From positions 121,644,001 to 121,708,000 of the forward strand of contig OX597815.1 of NCBI GenBank assembly GCA_951406725.2: a stretch of 64,000 nt of DNA, read 5' to 3'. Positions 53,716 through 64,000 of the stretch are shown one piece after another. The stretch comes from Octopus vulgaris. Lineage: Eukaryota. Position 1 is the stretch's first letter; every line of letters begins with the position of its first letter. The notes beneath the pieces are model-generated. The model was given only the letters and a program-made list of their open reading frames with translations. It was not told where the DNA came from and searched no databases. The position numbers and the translations under genes were made by a program.

Positions 53716-56700
53716 TAGCTTGCTAGCTGTCGATGCCTATCCGCCTTTGGAAACAAATATATTTCAAGTGAAATACATTCACTGATTTTTGAAAATAGAA
53801 ATAATACTGCATAAATCTCTCTGAGAGATTTAGAAATATATTATTTCCCTTTTGATTACTATTTTATTCTGGTGAACCTCCATAGCCGTTCAGTGTGTTT
53901 AAATGAGTTTTATATATTCTTCTTTGGAAATTTCTGTTTTGTTTTTCACATATTAACTTGTGCAGTCTGAACTATGTAAAACATTAGAGAAAGAAACCTA
54001 ACTGTTTCTTACTGTAAATAATTCTAAAGCAGAATGTTTTCAGGAACTCTTAAAATACTACTGTGGATCTTCAGTTTGTTGTTTTGCTTGTGTGAACCCC
54101 CAAAAATCTTATATGGACCACAGATGATAACCACTGATTTAGAGGTCTGTTTGCATCTGGGAACCCTGCTATATATATGTGTGTGTGTATTTGAAATGTA
54201 ATTTTTGGATAACTGGAATAATTCTGTATTAGATTATCACTATCCTCTAATATACTTTTAATAAGTAAAAGCTATAAATCACAGTTAAAAATCATTAAAA
54301 ACCGATTCCCGTAGCTTGCTTTGTTTTTATCGTAAATCACTGCCAACCAGTGGTTTGTAAGTAACTCATTGATCCACTTAAATAATAGTTTATTTGTTAT
54401 GTTTTGATTTATTCAAGTGAATTACAGTGCAGAGCAGTTACCCATAACAGAGTTCTACTTTTGTAAATTAGATAGGATCTAATGACTTATTGATCTTGAA
54501 GATAACATTCAAAGATTAACAGTCGCCTGTTTCTAGGCAAAACGATTCAATAACCATATAAATGAAGCATTGGAAAAGAAAATGTAATTGAGGAGAGGGT
54601 GATATGGAAGTCAATTACTGGACTATTAGAGATCACGAGGGTTAATATCTTATCAATAACAGAGATGAAAGTGCTTGCTAAAAAGAACAACGAGCTTTAT
54701 ATTGTGTTGAAAGTTTGATTCCATTCTTGTACAAGAGTGTTAAATTACAACTCATTATTGAAAATACTGTAGAAATCTGTGACCATTTTAAATAATGTAT
54801 TTTGTATTAAGTTTAGTTAATGACGTTCTTAACAGTGACTAACCTTTGTAAGGTTTACAGTTATTTATTAAGGAATATAGTTTCATTCCTATGGTTTGCT
54901 GTTTTCTTTTCCTTAACAAATTTCTCTCCTGTCTCTTCTCAATATTTTATTTTTAAATATCATCCTTTTTTCGGTTTCTGTAGTGGTATGTTTCAGTATG
55001 TTACATAAACATTGCTTATCCAACAATTAACAATTACTAAACTATTTATCGTATCATTTATTTCATGAGATCTGTTATTAATACTTTTTAAAGCTTCAAA
55101 GCATGGAAAAGAATATTTTCTGATGATAGATTATGGATATTAGTAGGTACTGCTGTTATAAAAATTTAGTACTAGAACTTAGAGGCTAAATTATGTATTT
55201 TTTCATAAAATATTATCTTTCTTTTACTTTTCTGATCTCACCTTTTACATTTCTCCCTATCATATATTTGCAGATGAAACTTCTCTTTTTATCTTTTTGT
55301 GTTGTGTTTTACACACAAGTACATCACTAGTTTATTTGTCTAGGAAAGTTTAATGATATATATATATTGATGTTTTCAGGTAGAAATACTAAATGAATTA
55401 CAAATGCTATCATGAACAATTGATAGTTTAGATTAGATAGATTTGTATATGTTGCCATCAACCTGTTCTGCTACATAATTGCTTAAAGAATCTGATATTG
55501 CAGTTCATAGTCTTTGAACCTTCACTAGCTGCAGTGTTCTACATTAAAATGTTGCTAGGCTATTTGTTCAAAGGCCACTGTATTTCTTTGTATCTACAGT
55601 GTAGTATTGATATTTAATATTCTAGGGTTGTATCGATAATACTATACTATGCATAATATTGATTTAGCTCATTACTTTCCTTAAAATTTGGTGAAATAAT
55701 ATTCAGTATGCTTATCATATAGAGAGAGCTCACTTTGATTTGCACCTAAATTTCAATAGTATTTATTTGAAATTAGATTTAAACCCTTTTTCCTATTCAA
55801 AAGTAAAATACACAAAATATTTTTAGATTGTAATTCTTCATTTTAATGTTGTTGCTTCAAGGAGTGGAAAAAAACGAGAGAACAGAAAGTAAACTTGTTG
55901 AGTACCTTGTAGTTGCAATTTTTTACTTTCTTATTCATTTGACTGTCACTGGTTTTGAATACTTCATGTATAAAAGTGATTAGTTCAGAGAATAATTAAC
56001 TCTATTCATACTCCACTTATGAACAGTGTTTGCTTTTGTATATATGATTCTGGTAGTATTCCCAGTTTTCATCTTGTGAAGAAAATGTTATGATAATTGG
56101 TTAGCATTCAATAACAAAAACTGTAAAACTACTAAATTACATCTTGAAAGGAGATGAAAAAACCCAGTTTTAATGAAATATAAAATAAGTGGTTTAACTA
56201 TGATTTTAAAAACTTTTATTCAGTACTTGTATATAAAGTAAGGTGCCTGAAAAGAAGACATGGATTTTGAGAATGTTGGGAAACCTAATCAGCAAAAATA
56301 TAATCTATTTGTAAATTAATCAAAATGGGAAATAGTGTTATGAATTTAAGAAAAAAATGGAATATGTACAGTTAATATTGATTTTAAAAGTGAAGTGTTT
56401 TATCATTCAACTTTAGATATTAATTGAATATGAACTGATAGTTTTGAAAAATGTTTATGAAACTATTGAAATCTAATAGATATGTACCAAACATGAATGT
56501 GTACTTTTATAATAAAAAGAAGAAAAAACTAAAGAAAATTATGATCTTTTAGCATCTATTGATATTCTGTGACCTGTAAGAAACATTTAGTTAACTCTTT
56601 CATGTTGAATTCTATTATATTTCATACCTGCTCATATTATATAATTTGACATAGTAATTATGTTATTTGGCAGCAAATTTTTAGTCAGATCTTTAGATTT

Positions 56701-57620
56701 ATGATTCAGAATTTGAAGTCTATTTTCACACACATTTGATACTTGAATGAAAATAGATAAGATTTAAATATAACTCAGAAATGTATGAGTATTTCTATAA
56801 GGAATTTGGAATGAAATGATAAAGCCCTTATCAAATTATGCAAAATGAAGCTGTATCAACACTGTGGTAGGTGCTGACATACCAAATGATGCAAAATATT
56901 CTCAATGAATTGAAATTTGTCTCTTAGTTGAAGAAAGGAAACAAAACCTATCAATAATTATTAACCCTTTAGCATTCTGATTACTCTATCAAATCTAGTG
57001 CTTATCTATTCACATTGTTTTGAATTAATCATGCATTATCACACATTTTCAAGAGGTCAGTGGTGCAGTTGTTTATTTTTAAAGTGACCTTAGTGTAGGT
57101 GTGATAGGCCAGATCAGGTCAGCTTGAACACAAAACAGGTAGAGTATACATGCCACCAAAGAAAAGAGATATTTTTAAAAAATGAAGAATTAATTTTATT
57201 GGAAATTAAATTTTTATGTTTAAACAGATGGATAGGGCTGAACCTTATTAGTAGACAAGGTGACAACTACAAACATGTCTCAGTTTATGTAAAAACCTCA
57301 TCTGCAGAACATGGCTTTTTCAATTATTACAGTTAAAAAACAAAAATTTCTGGCCAGTATAGTTCTCTTAGCTCACTTTTTATATCAACATCGACTCATA
57401 TTAAATGACATTCAATTTGGAAAGTGTGTGTAGGTATCAAGCCAAGAATAAATAAGAGCCACCAAATTCTAAAATAGAATTAAGAATAAACAAGATACAA
57501 CAAATTGTAAAAATCTTCAAAAGATCTCACCATTTATATATATGTGCACACATGTATAAATGAGTAAAATTGTGTAGTTTATGGCAGTTTTTATAAATGA
57601 TACAATCTCTTGCTTTCCAG

Positions 57621-57709
57621 TGTGATATATGTACCTGTACATTTATGATGTCAGAAGAACCAGTTCATATGCCTTGTGAGCACCGATTTTGTCGTTCTTG
57701 TTGGGAACA
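57621..57709 (+). CDS. ANKIB1: ANKIB1 exon, RING1 N-half CDICTCTFMMSEEPVHMPCEHRFCRSCWE(Q)
   Basis: ttccag acceptor; gtaagt donor; 89 nt, phase 0/2; C-x2-C...C-x-H-x2-C-x2-C RING pattern. Confidence 0.93.
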
Positions 57710-57747
57710 GTAAGTAAAGTTACTTTCAAGCTTTTTATTTATTTATA

Positions 57748-57982
57748 CAGGGTGGCCCAAAACTGGGTTTACAGTTATCATGTAGGCACCTTAAATTTCT
57801 TTTAAAACATTTTATTTCATTTAAATTTCTATCTTTCAAACTGAAAATGGAGCTTGACAAAATTAACTAGATTAGCATAGAATAATGGTTTCACATTTTT
57901 TTATAATTAAGATCTAAACTGTTAATATATGAATGCAAAAGAGATAGTTGAATAACTGTAAACCTACTTTTGGGCCACCCTG
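57748..57982. mobile_element. Tc1/mariner-type MITE (235 bp)
   Basis: TIRs cagggtggcccaaaa..ggtttacagttat / ataactgtaaacc..ttttgggccaccctg with TA flanks. Confidence 0.88.
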
Positions 57983-58566
57983 TATTTGAAATTCTCTCTA
58001 TCAATTTTTGCTTATACAGTGTGGTGGTGGTAGTGGGGGTCTGTGTGTGTGTGTGTGTGTGTGTACGTATATTGTTTGTGTACATGTATGCATGTGTATG
58101 TACATTGTGTGTATGTGTGTGAAGAACCTGAAATTCCTTCTTAGAGATTAATATAACTAACATGTCCAACTATGGAGAAATATTACCTTTGCTTGGAACC
58201 AAGTAAAGGTTGACAACAGGAAATGCTTCTGGCCAAAGAAAAATATGCCCCAGCAAATTCTGTATGATCCATGCAAGCATGGAAAAGTGGATGTTAAAAC
58301 AAAAATGATGATAATGTAACACTAAAAGAGATATTGTCACTGTAAAAGCTTAAAACTATTGAAAATTACTATTTGAAGTGGGATAGAATTTTTATGGATT
58401 TAATATTGTGAAAAAGAACCAATTTTTCACATATCCCTTCCAAGGTTGTAGGTGCATATTCTATGTCACTATTTATAAAAAAATTTTTTAATCATTTCCT
58501 AAAATGAAAAAAAACATTTTTTTTTTTTTAGCATTGAATAAGATGTTTCTGTGTTTATTATTTTAG

Positions 58567-58711
58567 ATATCTCAATTTAAAAATTCAAGAAGGTGATGCT
58601 CATCATATTACATGCCCTGGTTATGACTGCAGTCGACTTGTACCTGTTGATGTGATAGAAAACGTTGTGTCAAGACCCATGGCCAGACGCTATTTACAAT
58701 TTGATATAAAA
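58567..58711 (+). CDS. ANKIB1: ANKIB1 exon, RING1 C-half (Q)[48 protein letters not shown]
   Basis: ttttag acceptor; gtaagt donor; 145 nt, phase 2/0; CP-x3-C motif and RYLQFDIK. Confidence 0.94.
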
Positions 58712-60229
58712 GTAAGTTTTTCTCATCACAACCTTACTAAGAAATATCATTTAGTTTGTTTTTTTTATAATTATGATTTTATGTACATAATTTTTTTTGC
58801 TTGTAAAACAGTTTCATTTACAACTGGAACTAATGTAGTTTTTTTTCTATTATGTTCTATTTTCATCTTGAATATTTTGTGTTGTAATTATTGTAAATTT
58901 TGAACTAATGACTAATTTAATTACAGGCTAAATTAATGATAGAGGGGAAAATGTAATTCAAATAGTAACATGCAAAGAAAGTACTAAATTTTGTGGCTTG
59001 AAACTGCTTTAAGCATAAACTCGCCATTAATAATCTTATCAAATTATATTATTGCATGTTTGAATATAGAAAAGAATTAGTGAATAGTAACTGACTGACT
59101 ATTCATTGCACAATTACAAAATATAGTCAAATGTTTAACATATCACAGTAAAATGATGTTCTAACTCTTTTGATACCAACCTACCAGTGATCACTCTTGG
59201 TTCTATAATACAAGCTTCCTTTTTAAATATGATCTAAATTAAAACTGTTCATCAAAATTTTATGTCAATTTATATTCTATATATTCTAAACGCCAGCTTA
59301 ATGACAGATATTTTACTAAATTCTTCAGTCTTTCAAAATGAATTGATAGAAATGCAGTATATTTTCTATGTATGGTTACAAAAGGGTTAATGAGTAATCT
59401 CATTATCCTCGAAGCTGTAATGTTCATACTTTTCACAAGGTCACTATTGTTGTAAGTGATGTGGAAATAGTTAATATTGGAATATAAACTGAGTTGCACA
59501 CTTCGTTTATTTACAGCTTACTCTTTATTTTACAATGTTCTCCTTCATGATTGAATAAGTGCATATTTGAATGTCTCACAGGTCAAAATCATATGTCAGA
59601 CATAACAGGCACAAATTTTAATGCAGTAAGAGTCTGCTATACGATAGACAGCAAAGTTTTAAATGAGTGTTTGTGAATATAGATTTGTAGTAGATGAGAT
59701 GGGCTTTCTTTACACTTTCACTCATTTAATTTGTGTTTGTGTATGTCAATAGATACATCATAGGAAAGTATCTTAACCAATTTTGGTTTCTCATCCTTTC
59801 TAACACCTCATCAGAGTAATGAGGAGAGAGAAAGTATTCATGTTCATTCTCCTAATCTAAGTGTTAAGGAGAGAAGCCCTTAGGTTTGAGCATCATCACC
59901 TACTAATACCAAAGTGATATTTAATCATATTTTGTAAAAATAATCCTTTCTGTTATAGGCACAAGGTCTGAAATTTGGGGAAGGGGGATAGTCAATTACA
60001 TCGACCCCCCAGTACTCAACTAGTACTTTATTTATCGACCCTGAAAGTCGACCTTGGTGGAATTTGAACTCAGAACATAGTGACAGGCAAAATACTGCTA
60101 AGCATTTGCCCAACATGCTAATGATCTGCCAGCTCGCCGCCTTCTATTTAGTCTATTCTGTTTGTGTTTGGACTAAAAGAACACCAGAGTGTGATCTTCA
60201 CTAATGAAAGGTGTGTTTGTTTTGTTACA

Positions 60230-61640
60230 TATGCATCTTGGTAGGTGGTGATAAGTATGAGAAATGACTGATTGGATTTTCCATTGAGAGCACTGGAATA
60301 CTGCCATGTGTGTGTGTGAATATACCATAGTAGTTGGAATAAATTTGGTGTTGAGTATAGTGTTGCATGTAATTATGCATATTTGTTGTTACATGTGTGT
60401 TTGCCAGAATATACATATGAAGAGTTCTAAGCATCATATATAGTTGTATTTTATATATGCTGTTTATGAACATGTTTATTAGTTGTCATTGCTAGTAATT
60501 TTGTTTGTTGGAGTTTGTTTGAAGTGTTTTAATAAACAAAGATTTGGTGGTGACACTGTATTGTTTGTTATTTTGTAGATATATTTGGTGTTTATTTCAG
60601 GAATATAGTTTTGTATATATGAATGGAGTGTCAGAGCTGCTTCTTGTAGACACGTTTAGCCTTGAGAGAAATTTGGATATCTTATCTAAATAGCAGTTCT
60701 TTGAAAGTTTTATAACTTCCAAGTAGACATTTGGTGTTTTCACTGTGATATACAAATTCAAACACTTTCTCAGTTGTACTATTCCAGGAGTTGTTGCATA
60801 TATCTGAATCCATTCATGGTTTTGGTGTTTTGACATATAGCACTTTGTTCTTTTATTGAAGTTTCTATATAAGACTTGCTCTTTGGTTTTGTATAGACTG
60901 AGGTAAAGTAAACCTTACACTCTGATTGTATCCTATTGTTAAGGATGATTTCTTTTGTGGTTGCTTAGTTACTGTTATTTTGATATTCATCCATCAGTTG
61001 TTGTTGGTGAGTATAGTATTCGCATCTTTCCATGTGCAATTGTGTTGACTATTGTTAGGAGAAATGTAGTGGCTGAAGTTATATGTATTGTGTATTATGA
61101 ATTCGTTTGTCAGAGAGATAGTTATTGGCAAGTATATGTAATACAAGAGATTTGAGTTGCTAATATATTAGAAGTGGAACTTTTAGTGAAACCTCTCTTG
61201 AGGAGTGTTTTGATGACAGATATTTTATTCTAAACTTCACTTTCGTTATTTATGTATATGCAATGGTGGATAAACTTGGTGTAAGCAGAAGTTGTCAATT
61301 CATCATCTGAGACACACATTTAAAACCACACATATTATTATAGCATTGACATTGAGTGAGTGAAGTTTACTATAGAGTTGTCTTCCAGTTCATTTCATAG
61401 AGCTTCAGCTTTCATTAAGATTTCTGATGACAAGAAACCCATCATCTACTTTCTGACAATAAACAGTGAGTTTATGTATTCATGTGGGTCAACATGTTTG
61501 ATTTTAAAGCTGACATCATAAATGGAAAATGTCAGACTGAGTTGAGAACCTATAGCTACAACGTTAAGCAAAATATGTTTTGATAGTAGATTGATTGGTG
61601 GTACTCTTTCAGCTTAGTACAGTTTTTTACAGCATTTTTA
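60230..61640 (-). mobile_element. Heavily decayed Penelope-like reverse transcriptase region
   Basis: Minus-strand pieces VAIGSQLS (61563-61536, cf. GxAMGSPLS), KISVIKTLLKRG (~61228-61190) and ILANNY (cf. L..NGY) occur in the expected order; boundaries approximate. Confidence 0.45.
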
Positions 61641-62564
61641 GATAAGTGTTACGGGAGTAGTTTAAAAAGACAAAAGGCCTAATCTATGACAATATGTGTA
61701 TGGTGACATAGCTATAACTATATTCTGGCAAAAAATTTGCAAATTGCTTTACTCAGCTTGAGGTCAATTTCTAGTACAGTTAGTTGAGATGACTTTTTAG
61801 TTATTCATTGGTGTCCTTGGAGATTTTTGGTTATTGAAAATAAGGACTTCTTTCTTTCCATATAGATTCCACATGAATAATAATACCCTCATGTGTCAAT
61901 GTCATATACAAATATTATAAACTACCAAAGTTATTAAGAACTTATTAGGAAAGGACAGAATGAGCCTGAAAATACAGACCAATTACAAGCTGCTTTAGTA
62001 AAGCTTTAGGAATTCATTAATGATTGGCTGGTCTGATATTCACTGCAGATTCAGGAGTCAATGAAACATCCCTGATGACATTAGTTTTCTTGAAGACATA
62101 CACAATGAGTGCCTTATAACAAAGAACATGAATGATTACTCAATTTGAACAGCTAAAATCATTGCAACTAAAGGACAGTTATATTTTCAGATTCATTCTC
62201 ATTCCTGCAAGCAATTCAAAACTTAAAAGCAAAGCAAACTCACATTTTAAAACTTATCTACTAACTCTGAGGTACAATATAGTATTTTTTTTTTTGTTAC
62301 TGTTCTGACCATATTGACATCCCTTGAAATTCAAGAAGCTTATAGAATAGCCAAAAAAAAAATCTTTACTATATATTAAGGTACAGGCATGGGTGTATGG
62401 TTAAGTTTATGGTTAAGAAGTTTGTTTTGGAAGCAAGTGATTTTAGGTTCAGTCCCTCTGTGCAGCATTTTCCACTATTGCCCAAGGCCAACAAACAGAA
62501 TTTGAGGGAATTTGCTCAACAGAAATTGCAGGGACCTCATCATCTGTGTGTATGTACATACATA

Positions 62565-63796
62565 CCAGGCTTTGCGAAAGTCCTGTTACACTCGTCATGA
62601 TGCTCTCAACAAAGGACACAATGATAGCTTTGATGCAGTTAGACACATCTCTATTGTTTTAATATACAATTATATGTTTAAATATTAATATTAATCAATG
62701 TGACCACTCTTGGCAGCAAGCACATGCTCCAGGCAAGATCTGAAGGTGGCACACACACACATTGTGGATGCAGTCCTTCCTCATGCTGGCCCACATGCAG
62801 TTGGTGGAGGACTTCAGTTCATTTATGTTACAGTGCGGATCTTGCAGGCCTTACCCTCGACATGTACCCACACACTGTAGTTGAAAGAGTTATGGTCGGG
62901 CAACAGCAGCAGCCAAAAGTTCTTCGAGCAGAAGTTCATGTCTGACCCCAACCACTCTTGCATGGCTTTGGTCGTGTGTGCCAGGGTACTGTCCTGCTGA
63001 AACACATAGTCTGTCTTCTTTGTGATCTTTCTCACCCAGAGCAGGGCTTTTGTGGCCAAGATATCCCTGTAGTTGGCCACAGTGAGCCTGTAACCAGTTG
63101 CAAACCACACTAGCGGCATCTTCTCCCCATTTGAAGCATCATCATGGAGGCCAGATGCTTGGTCGTTGACACGTAGCAGATCTTGGAGAGATCCTGGCCA
63201 AAGCTGACCATTCAGTTGTTCTTGTTGACAATTGGATTGAACCTGAAGGCTTTTCCATCAGAAAAAATGACAATTCGATTGTTGTGACACTCGAAGTCAT
63301 TGAGAAGGCAACAACAGTGCTCCCGACATTGTTCTCACACACGGTCAGTGAGCAGAGGCCTTTCCATTCACCTCAAGCTCTTACTGCCCTCTTGCTTGAT
63401 GGCCCTGGACACTGTAACCACTGAGATGTTGTTCTTCATGAGCACAGTCATTTTGAGTTTTGGATCACTTTCAAAGGCCTTTCTCTCAGCCAAATGGTTG
63501 ACAACTTGAGGTCTGCCTTATTGAGGTCAATCTTTGAGGTCTTTACTGTTCTTAAGCATCTCTGTGACTCTGTGAACAGTCATCTGGCTGACTTGTTGTA
63601 GCTCATGTGCAGGAGAGCAGGGATCTTGATTCTTTTTGCTTCCATCTCAATACACCTTCTCACAATAGAAAAGACATTTTAATGACACATGCTGGAAAAA
63701 TAGAATGTTAAGTATGTTTGATAGCACTCTTTCTATCGCAGTCGTTAACCTCTTGAAAGATCAAAACCAATGTAACAGAACTTTTGCAAAGCCCAG
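62565..63796 (-). mobile_element. Full-length but decayed Tc1/mariner (maT/DD37D-like) transposon
   Basis: TIRs ccaggctttgcgaaagtcctgttaca / tgtaacagaacttttgcaaagcccag with TA flanks; FSDGKAF and YVFQQDSTLAH..W..PDHNSFNYSVW motifs. Confidence 0.9.
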
Positions 63797-64000
63797 TACA
63801 TACAGTGTCATCACAGTATTATCTACTGATGAGACATGATATTGTGGCTAAAACACTGTATAATGACATCTGTTAAAAGGACAACCCTGAGGCCAAAGAA
63901 ATAAGAACCTGCAGTATGGTAGAAGCCATAGCCATTCATAATAAGTACTGGTGGAATATTCCAATGAAAACCTCAATAAAATGTAAACATAATAGAGCTG

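Larger units (their letters stand above)
3045..58711 (+). other. ANKIB1: Partial gene span: ankyrin repeat and IBR domain-containing protein 1 (RBR E3 ligase), 7 internal coding exons, truncated by both window ends
   Basis: Seven AG..GT bounded exons with compatible phases (introns 0,0,0,1,0,2) join into one ORF. It is collinear with human ANKIB1 as I recall it ([101 protein letters not shown]). Confidence 0.93.

Overview
AT-rich eukaryotic genomic DNA packed with (TA)n/(CA)n/(TAA)n microsatellites, tRNA-derived SINEs and decayed transposons. The repeat content resembles an octopus (coleoid cephalopod) genome; this is inference from recalled repeat families, not a search. The only host gene I can support is a + strand ANKIB1-like RBR E3 ubiquitin ligase: seven small GT-AG exons (3045-58711) splice in frame and encode ankyrin repeats, the Ariadne-type linker and RING1. 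The gene runs off both ends of the window. Nearly all entries in the ORF track are repeat or microsatellite noise. The introns carry Tc1/mariner, hAT and piggyBac-like elements and MITEs, plus RTE, R4/Dong, Hero-like, CR1-like and Penelope-like LINE remnants. The main signal is a set of short non-coding elements carrying minimal hammerhead ribozyme (HHR) motifs of the Penelope/retrozyme type. (i) A 328-bp element with two perfect nested inverted-repeat pairs has a variant hammerhead in its loop (15818-16145). (ii) A diverged relative at ~53.5-53.7 kb shares the unusual U.U base of helix II, covarying helices, two downstream hairpins and a 3' motif. (iii) A separate family fuses a tRNA-like Pol III head to a hammerhead, including one head-to-head insertion with a 12-bp target-site duplication (TSD). 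There is also a near-perfect 460-bp inverted duplication. All structures were read by eye and ribozyme activity is untested.
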